This document shows positions 47,063-57,491 of a DNA stretch of 64,000 bases, one piece after another. The notes beneath the pieces were generated by a model. It searched no databases. It had not been told where the DNA came from and saw only the letters and a program-made list of their open reading frames with translations. How positions within the stretch are numbered: the first letter of the stretch is position 1; each line of letters opens with the position of its first letter. Source of the stretch: Veillonella parvula (GTDB lineage Bacteria; Bacillota; Negativicutes; Veillonellales; Veillonellaceae); the NCBI RefSeq assembly GCF_032550495.1, contig NZ_JAWFZJ010000004.1, positions 42,150 through 106,149 on the forward strand, written 5' to 3'. A program made the position numbers and the translations under genes.

Positions 47063-48457
47063 TTATTGTAACTCATCTAATGTATCACGAAGCTGTGACA
47101 TTTCATCTAATGCCTTTGCAACACCTTTAATCACTGCATATCTTGGAGATTCTACAAGGTATGCCGCGATTCCAATAGAACGTGTAATAACACGGTCTAA
47201 TCCATCGATGAGCGCGCCACCACCAGTAAGAATTATGCCATGATCGTTGATAGCGGCCACAAGTTCCGGTGGAGTTTTTTCTAGAATAGACTTAACGCCT
47301 TCCAAAACATTCATCACTTGTGCTTCTAGAGCACGTTGAATCTCTAAAGAATTCACCGCAACCATCTTTGGTAATCCAGAACTTGAATCTCGTCCTCGTA
47401 CCTCAATCGTGCGCTCCTTTGCACGGCGATCCACAGTCCCTACAGAAATTTTAATTTTCTCTGCTGTTAGCGGACCAATAACCAAGCGTTTCTTACGACG
47501 GATATAGCGAATAATAGATTCGTTAAAAGAATCTCCACCGATGCGAAGTGATTCACTTACAACTACACCCGTATCACAAAGAACGGCAATATCCGTAGTG
47601 CCACCACCAACATCGACAACCATCGCCCCTACGTGCTCAGCATCATTGAGACCAGTCCCCATAGCAGCAGCCAATGGTTCTTCAATAAGGACTGTCTTTT
47701 TTGCACCAGTTCTGAGTAAAGCTTCCAAAATAGCGCGTTTTTCAACTGGTGTAATGCCCGACGGAACACATACAATAATACGCGTCTTCATCAATCTAGA
47801 AGCAGGTACAACGGAGCGAATAAAGTACTTCAACATGAATTCTGTCATATCATAATCTGCAATAACGCCCGCTTGAACTGGACGGATGACGGAAATCCCT
47901 TTTGGAGTACGGCCCACCATAGAACGTGCAGCCTCACCTAAAGCAAGAATATCACCAGTTTTATCATCCCGTGCAATATACGCAGGTTCATCTAATACCA
48001 AGCCTTTACCCTTCGCAAAAATGAGGATATTTGCAGTCCCTAAATCAATTCCCAAATCGAAGTTTAAGGATCGATTTAAACGACTCATAAAATCCCCAAC
48101 TTGCTCAGGTCGAACTAAACGTTTTAATGTCATGGCTGGTGTTGTTTTAGCAATCGCTACAGTCTCACGACTACGTCGTTCAGCACGGCGCATTTTTGTA
48201 ACTTTAATCATGGTCTCACGCATATTGGAGGCCAAATGATTAGCTTGCTTTGCCACGCCATTTGAAAGCTTAGTAGACTTACGTTTTGTCCTTCTCAATG
48301 GTTTGCGTGTAGTACTCACTTTCGAATTTTCAACCTTTGCAGCACCTAAGTTCTGTTGCTCGTTGTATAAAGCCGGCCCTTTAGAGCGCCGGCTTCTTTT
48401 CTTTTTATTTTGTTTTGGCTGTGTACTCTTATTCGTCAACCCGAACAATATCAGCAC
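47063..48457 (-). CDS. mreB: MreB/Mbl-family actin-like protein; ORF is open ~123 codons upstream of the canonical start
   Basis: Canonical MreB core from [15 protein letters not shown] to the C-terminus. An internal ATG at 48086-88 with a GGGGAT SD would give a standard 341-aa protein. The frame stays open and has coding-like GC content up to GTG 48455-57 (AAGG SD), overlapping murA by 29 nt. Confidence 0.6.
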   Translation of the reverse strand: MLILFGLTNKSTQPKQNKKKRSRRSKGPALYNEQQNLGAAKVENSKVSTTRKPLRRTKRKSTKLSNGVAKQANHLASNMRETMIKVTKMRRAERRSRETVAIAKTTPAMTLKRLVRPEQVGDFMSRLNRSLNFDLGIDLGTANILIFAKGKGLVLDEPAYIARDDKTGDILALGEAARSMVGRTPKGISVIRPVQAGVIADYDMTEFMLKYFIRSVVPASRLMKTRIIVCVPSGITPVEKRAILEALLRTGAKKTVLIEEPLAAAMGTGLNDAEHVGAMVVDVGGGTTDIAVLCDTGVVVSESLRIGGDSFNESIIRYIRRKKRLVIGPLTAEKIKISVGTVDRRAKERTIEVRGRDSSSGLPKMVAVNSLEIQRALEAQVMNVLEGVKSILEKTPPELVAAINDHGIILTGGGALIDGLDRVITRSIGIAAYLVESPRYAVIKGVAKALDEMSQLRDTLDELQ

Positions 48458-49694
48458 CTAACCTTTGCAATTTACCTACAAAATCATCATAACCTCGGTC
48501 AATATGATGTAAACGACCGACTTCTGTTCTACCTTCCGCAGTCAATGCAGCACATACAAGCGCCGCTCCAGCACGCAAATCAGTAGCATTTACTATAGCC
48601 CCATGTAAGCTTGGCATACCTTCGACAATAGCTTGACGATTGTCAATGTCGATATGCGCTCCCATTTTACGAAGTTCAGCAACATGCATAAATCGGTTTT
48701 CAAAAACAGTTTCTGTTACTGTACTAGTGCCTTCCGCAATCGTAGTAAGAGCCATAAATTGAGCTTGCATATCTGTTGGAAATCCAGGGTATGGCAATGT
48801 TTTAATGTCCACAGCTTTAATGCCTTTACCACTACTGATAACGCGAATACCGTCGATTTCTTCCTCTACTGTTACACCAGCCTCCTTTAATTTAGCCACT
48901 ACTGGTTTTAGATGTTCTGGCAATGCGTTTTCCACAAATACATCACCACCTGCCATAGCAGCTGCGATTAAATATGTACCAGCTTCAATGCGGTCAGGAA
49001 TTACTGTATGAATAGCACCGTTTAATTGAGGTACACCTTCAATACGAATCACATTTGTACCAGCTCCGCGAATATTAGCACCCATAGCATTTAAGAATGT
49101 AGCCAAATCAACAATTTCAGGCTCTTCTGCAGCATTTTCGATAACGGTTTTACCTTTCGCCATAGAAGCAGCCATAATTACATTCTCTGTAGCCCCCACA
49201 CTTGGAAAATCCAAATAAATTTGAGTCCCTTTAAGTCCTTCCGGTGCATGAGCATATACGTAATCTTCAGTAATTTCAATTTTTGCACCTAATGCTTCAA
49301 ATGCTTTTAAGTGAAGATCAATGGGGCGTGCACCGATAGCACATCCACCAGGCATTGAGATTTTAGCCTCCCCTTTACGAGCCAAAAGTGGACCCATGAC
49401 AAGGAAGGATGCACGCATTTTACGTACAAGTTCATAAGGAGCTTCCGTAGCAGTCAATGTAGAAGCATCAAAAACAATTTCACCATCTGCATTATTACGA
49501 GCGATTTTAACCCCCAAAGACTCGATAACTTGGCAAATCGTGCCTACATCTTCTAAATTTGGAATTTCAAGCAATTTACTAGGCGTTGATGCTAGCAAAG
49601 TACCGGCAATAATAGGGAGCACTGCATTTTTAGCACTACTAACACGTACACGTCCTTCCAACCGATTGCCACCTTGAATGATTAACTTTTCCAA
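48429..49694 (-). CDS. murA: UDP-N-acetylglucosamine 1-carboxyvinyltransferase
   Basis: 421 aa. Full-length MurA-like sequence (KNAVLPI, active-site loop [14 protein letters not shown]). Confidence 0.93.
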   Translation of the reverse strand: MEKLIIQGGNRLEGRVRVSSAKNAVLPIIAGTLLASTPSKLLEIPNLEDVGTICQVIESLGVKIARNNADGEIVFDASTLTATEAPYELVRKMRASFLVMGPLLARKGEAKISMPGGCAIGARPIDLHLKAFEALGAKIEITEDYVYAHAPEGLKGTQIYLDFPSVGATENVIMAASMAKGKTVIENAAEEPEIVDLATFLNAMGANIRGAGTNVIRIEGVPQLNGAIHTVIPDRIEAGTYLIAAAMAGGDVFVENALPEHLKPVVAKLKEAGVTVEEEIDGIRVISSGKGIKAVDIKTLPYPGFPTDMQAQFMALTTIAEGTSTVTETVFENRFMHVAELRKMGAHIDIDNRQAIVEGMPSLHGAIVNATDLRAGAALVCAALTAEGRTEVGRLHHIDRGYDDFVGKLQRLGADIVRVDE

Positions 49695-49827
49695 CAGAAT
49701 TCCTCCTACACTTTATATCGTTCATCTTGTATAAGCTACAAGACCTTGTATTTATAACGTCATATACTAAATGTTATTATACTATTTTTCGATATATCTC
49801 ATCAAGAGAATAAGAGAAAATACAAAG

Positions 49828-49887
49828 AAAAAAAGCCCTGAATATATCTCAAAAATTTATGTCCAATTTTTGAGTATATTTCAGGGC
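49828..49887 (-). terminator. Rho-independent terminator after glpX (long hairpin)
   Basis: Arms of about 20 bp (GCCCUGAAAUAUACUCAAAAAUU...) followed by U7 on the minus strand, 7 nt after the stop codon. Confidence 0.85.
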
Positions 49888-49894
49888 TTTATTC

Positions 49895-50857
49895 TTATTT
49901 TGCTTTTAATGTTTTAAGTTTATGATCCATATGCACGGTATCAAGGAAGCGAACCGTACCAGTTTTAGACCGCATTACAATAGTATGCGTACGCGCACCA
50001 CCTGGAAAATATTGAATTGGATTTAATAAGTTACCACGTGTAATGGCAGTAGCCGCAAAGATAACATCATCAGTACGAACTAAATCATTTAATGTGAGCA
50101 CTTGGTTTACATCGGCAATACCCATTTCATGGCAACGACGAATTTCTTCATCCGTTTCTGGTTTTAAGCGAGCTTGCATATCGCCGCCTACACATTTCAA
50201 GGCTGCAGCCGCTAGTACACCTTCAGGTGCACCACCAGTACCTACAACCATGTGTACCCCAGAACCTTCGATACAACATTCCATAGCTGGATTAACATCA
50301 CCATCAGAGATGAGCATAATGCGAGCCCCTACTTCACGAGCTTCTTTCATCAAGCCTTGATGACGCTCACGATCAAGCATAACCAACGTGATTTCATCTA
50401 CATTACGTTCCATTTTAGTCGCTACATTTTTGATATTTTCGGTCAAAGATTTCGTAATATCGATAGCACCTGCACCGCGAGGACCAACACAAAGTTTCTC
50501 CATGTACATATCTGGTGCATGTAACAAGCCACCTTTTTCTGCAATCGCCATAACTGCAATAGCACCATTTTGACCTTTAGCAATCAAGTTTGTCCCTTCA
50601 ATAGGATCAACTGCGATATCTACTTCTGGTCCGCCAGCGCCTACGTGTTCTCCGATATAAAGCATAGGAGCTTCATCAATTTCGCCTTCTCCGATAACTA
50701 CCGTACCAGAAATGCGAACAGAATCAAACGCTTGACGCATAGCATCTACAGCAAGACCATCGGCTGCATCCTTTTGCCCACGGCCAAGCAAACGACCGCT
50801 ACGCAAAGCTGCGGCTTCAACGACACGAGCAAATTCCAAAGATAATGTACGATCCAT
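49895..50857 (-). CDS. glpX: Class II fructose-1,6-bisphosphatase
   Basis: 320 aa. Full-length GlpX-like sequence (LEFARVVEAAALRSG, VVIGEGEIDEAPMLYIGE, DPIEGT). Confidence 0.9.
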   Translation of the reverse strand: MDRTLSLEFARVVEAAALRSGRLLGRGQKDAADGLAVDAMRQAFDSVRISGTVVIGEGEIDEAPMLYIGEHVGAGGPEVDIAVDPIEGTNLIAKGQNGAIAVMAIAEKGGLLHAPDMYMEKLCVGPRGAGAIDITKSLTENIKNVATKMERNVDEITLVMLDRERHQGLMKEAREVGARIMLISDGDVNPAMECCIEGSGVHMVVGTGGAPEGVLAAAALKCVGGDMQARLKPETDEEIRRCHEMGIADVNQVLTLNDLVRTDDVIFAATAITRGNLLNPIQYFPGGARTHTIVMRSKTGTVRFLDTVHMDHKLKTLKAK

Positions 50858-50916
50858 AATGGGCCTCCTTATAAGTCCTCTATGTATTGATATGACTCTT
50901 ACCTAGAGTCTCTAAC

Positions 50917-51561
50917 TTATTGATTAGCTTGTTTCCAATCTTCCATAAATTTTGCTAGTCCTGCATCAGTCAATGGATGTTTCATAGCTTGCATAAGTAC
51001 TTTAAATGGAACAGTTGCAATATGAGCACCTGCCTTAGCACATTGAATAATATGCAACGGCGTTCTCACACTAGCAGCAATAATTTCAGTTTCAATTTCA
51101 TGAATAGCGAAAATATCTGCAATATCTTGAATTAATGTAAGGCCATCCATGCTGATATCATCAATGCGCCCCACAAATGGACTCACATAACTTGCACCTG
51201 CACGAGCAGCTAATAACGCTTGGTTTGCAGAAAAAATCAAAGTCACATTCGTTTTAATGTCTTCTTTGCGCAAAACAGCAACGGCTTTAAGGCCTTCTGG
51301 AGTCATAGGAACTTTAATAACCACGTTAGAGCCTAATTTCACAAGGTCATGTGCTTCCGCCACCATGCCTTCAGTATCAGAGGAAATAACCTCTGCGCTA
51401 ACAGGTCCATCAACAAGATTTGCAATTTCAGAAATAACTTGTTTCAAATCGCGTTTAGCTTTCACGATAAGCGATGGGTTTGTAGTTACACCATCAATAA
51501 AACCAAAGTCATAGGCTTCTTTAATCTCATCAAATTCTGCTGTATCAATAAAGAATCTCAT
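50917..51561 (-). CDS. fsa: Fructose-6-phosphate aldolase / short transaldolase family
   Basis: 214 aa. MRFFIDTA...GVTTNPSL N-terminus and active-site K in VIKVP. Confidence 0.88.
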   Translation of the reverse strand: MRFFIDTAEFDEIKEAYDFGFIDGVTTNPSLIVKAKRDLKQVISEIANLVDGPVSAEVISSDTEGMVAEAHDLVKLGSNVVIKVPMTPEGLKAVAVLRKEDIKTNVTLIFSANQALLAARAGASYVSPFVGRIDDISMDGLTLIQDIADIFAIHEIETEIIAASVRTPLHIIQCAKAGAHIATVPFKVLMQAMKHPLTDAGLAKFMEDWKQANQ

Positions 51562-51574
51562 AAAATGCCCCCTC

Positions 51575-52855
51575 TTATTTAGCCGGTGAAATCACTTCAA
51601 CGCCACCCATGTATGGCACGAGAACTTTTGGAATTACAACGGACCCATCGGCTTGTTGATAGTTTTCCAAGATAGCGGCTACTGTACGCCCTACTGCAAG
51701 GCCAGATCCATTTAATGTATGAACGAATTCTGGTTTACCCTTAGGTCCACGGCGGAATTTAATATTAGCACGACGAGCTTGGAAATCAGTCATATTAGAG
51801 CAAGAGGAAATTTCCCTATACTTGCCTTGTGCAGGCATCCACACCTCTACATCATAGGTTTTAGCAGAACCAAAGCCCATATCACCTGTGCACAAAGTGA
51901 TAACACGGAACGGTAATTCTAATAAACGTAATACTTCTTCTGCATTATCCGTTAATGTTTCTAATTCTTTGAAAGAATCTTCCGGTTTAGCTAATTTAAC
52001 CATTTCAACTTTATTAAATTGATGTTGGCGAATAAGGCCACGAGTATCACGCCCCGCGGAACCCGCTTCAGCACGGAAACATGCGGTGAATGCAGTATAG
52101 TATTTAGGCAATTCCTCTTCGCTCAAAATTTCGCCACCGTGATAATTAGTCAATGTAACCTCAGCAGTTGGAATCAAGAAATATTCCGTCCCCTCTACAT
52201 GATACATATCTTCAGCAAATTTAGGCAATTGCCCGGTGCCCGTCAAAGTTTCACGAGTTACCATATATGGAGTCATCATTTCAGTATAGCCATGTTTGTC
52301 TACATGAAGATCCACCATGAAGTTGATAAGAGCGCGTTCCAAACGAGCACCTAACCCCTTATACACAGTAAAGCGAGCTCCACTCATTTTGCCTGCACGG
52401 TTGAAATCAAGAATATCGAGGTTTTCACCTAAATCCCAATGAGCTTGTACATCAAAATCAAATTGACGTGGTTCGCCCCATTTGCGTTGCTCCACATTTT
52501 CATCTTCATCGGCACCTACAGGAACAGATGCATCACACAAATTTGGCAACATCAATGCCGCATCACGCAATTTTGTTTCCACTTCGCGAATACGGTTATC
52601 AAGCTCAGCAATCTCATCGCCTACTTTTTTCATTTCTCCGATTTTTTCATCAGCATTTTCTTTATTGCGTTTTAATTTGCTAATTTCTTCTGTTACAGAA
52701 TTGCGAAGCGCTTTTAATTCTTCTACTTGACCGATCAATTGACGACGTTCATCATAAGCGGATACAAAGGTTTTCAGATCGCCTTTTGTATGACGATTAT
52801 CTAAATTTTGTTGCACTAAATCAATATTTTCACGGACAAATTTTAAATCTAACAT
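51575..52855 (-). CDS. serS: Serine--tRNA ligase
   Basis: [11 protein letters not shown]-terminus with tRNA-binding coiled coil, plus class II motifs ([24 protein letters not shown]). Start at ATG 52853-55. Confidence 0.93.
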   Translation of the reverse strand: MLDLKFVRENIDLVQQNLDNRHTKGDLKTFVSAYDERRQLIGQVEELKALRNSVTEEISKLKRNKENADEKIGEMKKVGDEIAELDNRIREVETKLRDAALMLPNLCDASVPVGADEDENVEQRKWGEPRQFDFDVQAHWDLGENLDILDFNRAGKMSGARFTVYKGLGARLERALINFMVDLHVDKHGYTEMMTPYMVTRETLTGTGQLPKFAEDMYHVEGTEYFLIPTAEVTLTNYHGGEILSEEELPKYYTAFTACFRAEAGSAGRDTRGLIRQHQFNKVEMVKLAKPEDSFKELETLTDNAEEVLRLLELPFRVITLCTGDMGFGSAKTYDVEVWMPAQGKYREISSCSNMTDFQARRANIKFRRGPKGKPEFVHTLNGSGLAVGRTVAAILENYQQADGSVVIPKVLVPYMGGVEVISPAK

Positions 52856-52980
52856 ACTATAAACCTCATTTTCCAACTATGTTACGCACAATATATTCAA
52901 TACGTTTAAGTATACCATATATTGGTGTATTTATCATTAAATTATGTGCTATATACTAGTCTTCACACTAATAATTTATA

Positions 52981-53934
52981 TTATTCATCATCTTCTTCAT
53001 CTAGCAAATAATCTTTTGCCATCCATTTACGCGTGCCTGTAAAAGAAATGGTTACCCATTTTTCCGTTGGGTTACCACCAATTTCTTGGTCAATTTCATT
53101 GCGAATAGCATCAATTTCAGCAATGGTTTGATAGGGAAAGCTTTTACGAACTAAAATATCAATTTCAATAATTCGAGTATTGCCGTATACTTGCACACTC
53201 GTCACATAATCTTTAAAATTATACTTTTCCATAAAGCGATCCATAATTTCTTGCACTTCATTATGCAATGAAGTTGGTGCCCACCCCAATATTTGTTTCA
53301 TGGATGGCACAATAATACGAAATGCAGACGGTACCATTTGTACAGCTAAAATAATTAATACAATAGGGTCAATATAAGTAGCCCATCTAGCATATTCAGT
53401 ACTTTCTAGCATAGTAGCCACAATGAAGCTAATCAAGATAGCCGCTTCTAACAAAGCATCGACATACCAACTTACATTATCAAATTTAATCAAGTTAGAC
53501 TGTAAACTTTTATTAATACGACGTACATAAAGATAGTAAGCAGTATCTGCAACGGTAAAGAATATAGCATAGAAAATAGCTGGTCCGAAGTCTACGTGAC
53601 GTCCACCAGACAAAAGATCTGTAATGCCACTAGATAAGGCATAAATTACTATGAGAAGAATAAAAAAGCCCTCCACGGCGAGCACCAGAGGTTCAAATTG
53701 CCAAAAACCGAATTGGAATCGCTTACTCGTTTCTCTAGCAACTAACTTGGCTGTCATAAGCATCATAATCTTAATAACAACATCAACGAAGGAAAATACC
53801 CCATCTAACAACACTGCACTAGACCCTGTCACAATCCCCATTACAGTACCGCTCACCGCAACTAGCGCCATCAAAGCAACAGATTGCATTAGTAGCTTTT
53901 GTTCAATAGAGCGCCTTGCTCCTAATATATCCAT
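52981..53934 (-). CDS. Cation diffusion facilitator (CDF) family transporter
   Basis: About 317 aa. Six predicted TM helices, SSAVLLDGVFSFVDV-type TM2 motif, C-terminal cytoplasmic alpha/beta domain. Start at ATG 53932-34 after GGGGG. Confidence 0.6.
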   Translation of the reverse strand: MDILGARRSIEQKLLMQSVALMALVAVSGTVMGIVTGSSAVLLDGVFSFVDVVIKIMMLMTAKLVARETSKRFQFGFWQFEPLVLAVEGFFILLIVIYALSSGITDLLSGGRHVDFGPAIFYAIFFTVADTAYYLYVRRINKSLQSNLIKFDNVSWYVDALLEAAILISFIVATMLESTEYARWATYIDPIVLIILAVQMVPSAFRIIVPSMKQILGWAPTSLHNEVQEIMDRFMEKYNFKDYVTSVQVYGNTRIIEIDILVRKSFPYQTIAEIDAIRNEIDQEIGGNPTEKWVTISFTGTRKWMAKDYLLDEEDDE

Positions 53935-54097
53935 TAAGACCCCCACTTTCTTAATTTGTACATTTTTTTATTATACACCAAGTGAATTGATGAGCAAAAT
54001 TGCCCTGTTCAGTAATATAAACAGGAAAGCTATAAAACCTACCATAAACCATAATCAAAAGTTTATCTAACACCTCGGTCAGGTTCTAAAAGAAGCA

Positions 54098-54140
54098 CCG
54101 AAAAGCAGCTAGTTTGAAGAGTATACAAACTAGCTGCTTT
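54098..54140 (-). terminator. Rho-independent terminator after guaD
   Basis: 13-bp stem AGCAGCUAGUUUG/CAAACUAGCUGCU followed by UUUU on the minus strand. Confidence 0.75.
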
Positions 54141-54176
54141 AAATATATCAGTATTTTTTTCTGTAAGATATAAACT

Positions 54177-55457
54177 TTACCCTTTTGGACTCGGAACTAC
54201 GCGACCAACCACATAGCGTTCAATGATATGACGATCATCCCCTACGTATAACCACCGCTCTAAGCGCTCTTCTAAAGAACGTTCATTTGGGTCAAATAAG
54301 GACGTATCATCGATAATAAGGGCATCTAACTCATAGCCTTTTTCAAAGCTTCCAACATGGCCAAAAAATTGTCCACCACCCTTGGTAGCCATATAGAAGG
54401 CTTCACTTAGGGTGAGCGGTGCATAGTTTGAGTCTACTTCAGCCCATTTCATTTTGGATAAACCAATAGCTTCAGTAAGGACCTTTGCCATCGATACAAT
54501 ATGTCCACCAGAAATATCGGAGCCTAAACCGATTGGTATATTCCGCTCAATCAGCTTACGAATCGGTGCAATTCCGCTAGAAAGATTTACATTTGAATAG
54601 GGACAATGGGATACCATGGTCTGCGTTTCAGCCAGGCGATCCATTTCTGCATCGCTCAAATGAATGCAATGAGCCATTACAGTTGGCACAGTGCCCATCA
54701 AATGATGTTCATAGTACACATCTGTATAATTTGACGACTCAGGATGTAATGATGCGACCCAATCAATTTCGCCGTGATTTTCCGACAAATGAGATTGAAC
54801 AGGGACATTGTATTCTTTCGCTAATTTAGCAAGTCCTGTCATGAGTTCACTCGTACAAGATGGTACAAAGCGAGGTGTAATGATAGGTTTAACCAAAGGA
54901 TCAAACTGAGCTGCCTCATCTAACCAAGCCTTTGTATCGAGCAAAGACTGTTTCGTTTCCTCTATAAGAAATTCTGGGCTGTTTCGATCCATATTTACCT
55001 TGCCTACATAGGCTGACAATCCTGCTTTTTGTAAAAGCTCCATCAACACTAATGTACTGTCTTTATGGATTGTGCCGAACAAAATACTTCTCGTCGTACC
55101 ATTGCGCCATAAATCGTGAACAAAGGCACCATATACTAGGCGAGCATAATCTGGATCACTAAACTTTGCCTCTTCAGGAAATGTATAAGTTTCAAGCCAT
55201 GGTAAAAGTTCCTTATCCATGCCAAGTCCACGATTACAATATTGTGGTGCATGTGCATGGGTATCAACAAAGCCAGGAATGATGAGATTATCTCCGTAAT
55301 CAACAACATCATATTCTGCATAAACTGTAGGAATACTTTCACCACAATGAACAACCACCCCGTCTACAGCAATAATATAACTCTGTTGAATGGATACAAA
55401 TGCCGATGGATCAGGTGTATATAAGATATTTCCTTTTAAAATAAGTGTCGAATTCAT
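54177..55457 (-). CDS. guaD: Guanine deaminase (amidohydrolase superfamily)
   Basis: 426 aa. PGFVDTHAHAPQ metal-binding motif, LLPWLETYTFPEE segment and HLSE motif typical of GuaD. Co-operonic with a purine permease behind a guanine-class riboswitch. Confidence 0.8.
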   Translation of the reverse strand: MNSTLILKGNILYTPDPSAFVSIQQSYIIAVDGVVVHCGESIPTVYAEYDVVDYGDNLIIPGFVDTHAHAPQYCNRGLGMDKELLPWLETYTFPEEAKFSDPDYARLVYGAFVHDLWRNGTTRSILFGTIHKDSTLVLMELLQKAGLSAYVGKVNMDRNSPEFLIEETKQSLLDTKAWLDEAAQFDPLVKPIITPRFVPSCTSELMTGLAKLAKEYNVPVQSHLSENHGEIDWVASLHPESSNYTDVYYEHHLMGTVPTVMAHCIHLSDAEMDRLAETQTMVSHCPYSNVNLSSGIAPIRKLIERNIPIGLGSDISGGHIVSMAKVLTEAIGLSKMKWAEVDSNYAPLTLSEAFYMATKGGGQFFGHVGSFEKGYELDALIIDDTSLFDPNERSLEERLERWLYVGDDRHIIERYVVGRVVPSPKG

Positions 55458-55559
55458 ATAACCTCCTCGCGTAATCAGGACTCTAAAGTATTGTGCCCAT
55501 ATAATACGCTAGATTTTTTCTTTAATAGACTATGCTATATGATTCATAGTATATGCTAT

Positions 55560-56903
55560 TTAAATAGCAAAGTGAATAATGAACGCCACAGTCATGATGT
55601 ACATAATAGGATGAATTTCGTGACGACGACCTGTAGCTAATTTAATTAATGTATAAGAAACAAATCCAAAGGATAAACCTTGAGCAATACTAAATGTTAA
55701 TGGCATAAGAAGAATTGTTAAGAACGCAGGCAACGCTTCTGTGAAATCAGTAAAATCAATATGCGTTACTTCACTCATCATAAATACGCCAATAGTAATC
55801 AGTACAGGAGCTGTCGCTTGTACGGGCACCAATAAGAACAATGGTGCAAAGAACAAGGATACCAAGTATAACAGACCAGTTACTACTGCCGTAAGACCTG
55901 TACGACCACCGTCGGCAACGGCTGCCGCACTTTCAATATAAGAAGTCACTGTAGAAGTACCTACAACGGCACCTGCTGCAGCACCAATAGACGTACATAG
56001 CAATGCTTTGTTCAAACCTTCGAACTTACCATTTTCATCTACCAAGTTAGCTTTTCTCGTTACACCAATTAATGTACCGATATTATCAAACATATCTACA
56101 ATGGTAATAGAAAAAATAATAGAAAAGATACCATATTTAATAGCGCCCATTACATCTAGCTGAGCGAATGTATCAACCGGAACTGGTGGTATCAAGTTAA
56201 AGATATCCGCGCTTGTAGTAGGCATCTTAGTTAAACCTAATCCCATTGCTGCGATTGTAGTGAACGCCATGCCAATGAGCAAACCGCCTTTAACTTGTTT
56301 TGCTAGCAAAATACTAGTAATAAATAAGCCTAACAAAGTCAATAATACTGCTGGATCTTGCATATTACCTAACGTTACAAAGGTAGCATTATTAGGTACG
56401 ATAATATGAGCATTTTTAAAGCCAATGAAGGCAACAAATAAACCAATACCTACACCAATAGAGGTTTTCAGTACTTGTGGAATACCATCTACAATTTTAT
56501 TAAGAACTTTGGTAACTGTTAAAATAACAAATACTGTACCGGAAATAAAAACGGCACCTAATGCAGTTTGCCAACTAAGGCCCATGGCACCACAAATGGT
56601 ATACGAAAAAAATGCACTAAGGCCAAGGCCAGGGGCTACGATAACGGGAACATTTGCTACTAAGCCAATAAGCATAGTTGCAAAAGCAGTTGTTAAAATT
56701 ACAGCCGCCACGGCACTAGCATGAGGCATTCCTGATACAGATAGTAAATTTGGTATTACCGCCAGTATATACACGGATGCAATAAACATTGTAATACCTG
56801 CAAAGAACTCAGTTTTTACTGATGTTCCATGTTTGGTCAACTTGAAAAATCGATCAAGACAACCATTAGCCTGATTACCTCTTTCATAATCCATTAAACT
56901 CAT
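55560..56903 (-). CDS. NCS2/AzgA-family purine (guanine/hypoxanthine-type) permease
   Basis: 447 aa. N-terminus LDRFFKLTKHGTSVKTEFFAGITMF typical of PbuG/AzgA-type permeases. AGGAGGT SD. Confidence 0.85.
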   Translation of the reverse strand: MSLMDYERGNQANGCLDRFFKLTKHGTSVKTEFFAGITMFIASVYILAVIPNLLSVSGMPHASAVAAVILTTAFATMLIGLVANVPVIVAPGLGLSAFFSYTICGAMGLSWQTALGAVFISGTVFVILTVTKVLNKIVDGIPQVLKTSIGVGIGLFVAFIGFKNAHIIVPNNATFVTLGNMQDPAVLLTLLGLFITSILLAKQVKGGLLIGMAFTTIAAMGLGLTKMPTTSADIFNLIPPVPVDTFAQLDVMGAIKYGIFSIIFSITIVDMFDNIGTLIGVTRKANLVDENGKFEGLNKALLCTSIGAAAGAVVGTSTVTSYIESAAAVADGGRTGLTAVVTGLLYLVSLFFAPLFLLVPVQATAPVLITIGVFMMSEVTHIDFTDFTEALPAFLTILLMPLTFSIAQGLSFGFVSYTLIKLATGRRHEIHPIMYIMTVAFIIHFAI

Positions 56904-56944
56904 CGCACTTACCTCCTAAACTTTTAGAAACATAAATTTAGTTA

Positions 56945-56990
56945 AATAAAAAACGGCTACAAGAGCATCATAAATAAGCTCTTGTAGCCG
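56945..56990 (-). terminator. Riboswitch expression-platform terminator
   Basis: Perfect 13-bp hairpin CGGCUACAAGAGC/GCUCUUGUAGCCG followed by U6. Its 5' arm overlaps the 3' strand of aptamer P1 and the end of P3. Confidence 0.75.
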
Positions 56991-57044
56991 TAAATCTCGG
57001 TTCACGCTAGAGAGACTTGACCCATCCCGTCAAGGTTATACAAG
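56981..57044 (-). promoter_or_regulatory. Purine riboswitch aptamer, guanine class (C at the specificity position)
   Basis: Minus strand CUUGUA-UAAC-CUUGAC-GGGAUGG-GUCAAG-UCUCUCUAG-CGUGAA-CCGAGAU-UUUACG-GC-UACAAG threads onto P1/P2/L2/J2-3/P3/L3/J3-1 of the purine riboswitch. Purine genes lie downstream. Confidence 0.75.
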
Positions 57045-57446
57045 GTATGTAGTAGTTCTATACTGTTAATCTATATCATCACATTCAAATTCGATAAAGC
57101 GAAGATAAATAAGAAAAAACTTTATATGCATGATTTTTTATCATATATATTATGTAAATACCACATCTCGAACTTAGTATAAAATTATTTTTATACACTG
57201 TCAATAACAATTGATGAATAATCATAAACTATTTTATTATTTTAGAAATTATTTTCTATAGACTTTATATCGTTAATTTTGTTATATACTTATGTACTGG
57301 AATACGACCTCAACATATTAACCATTCCATCAATCTACCGTATAAAATTACAGATAGCATTCATTTTTAAATATATATTTATAGGCACTATCGTAGTAAC
57401 AGGTTTAAAATGATATTCATATAATACTAAATATTTCATAAATATA

Positions 57447-57478
57447 TAAAAAGCTCCCTACTCAAACAGTAGGGAGCC
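57447..57478 (-). terminator. Rho-independent terminator after lysS
   Basis: Minus strand GCUCCCUACUGUUUGAGUAGGGAGC followed by U5. Confidence 0.85.
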
Positions 57479-57491
57479 TTAATAGTGTCGA

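Noticed and set aside
48371-48394. A GC-rich hairpin (AGCCGGC...GCCGGCU) 35 nt after the murA stop, considered as a murA terminator feature.
   Set aside because: It is not annotated as a terminator. The clean U tract is on the plus strand, where no gene is upstream. On the minus strand only UUUAU follows. The hairpin also lies inside an open, coding-like frame. It is kept as part of the mreB-extension finding instead.
52856-52980. A T-box leader was expected upstream of serS, as is common for Firmicute aminoacyl-tRNA synthetase genes.
   Set aside because: Only about 125 nt separate serS from the upstream gene. No specifier-loop or T-box (AANNNGGGUGGUACCGCG-like) sequence and no terminator/antiterminator pair are visible.
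57046-57446. A 400-nt gene-free AT-rich interval between the lysS terminator and the riboswitch, examined for an sRNA, small ORF or clear promoter.
   Set aside because: It has no hairpin-plus-U-tract, no ORF with an SD, and several equally weak -35/-10 combinations (for example TTGAAT near 57083-57088). None stands out enough to annotate.
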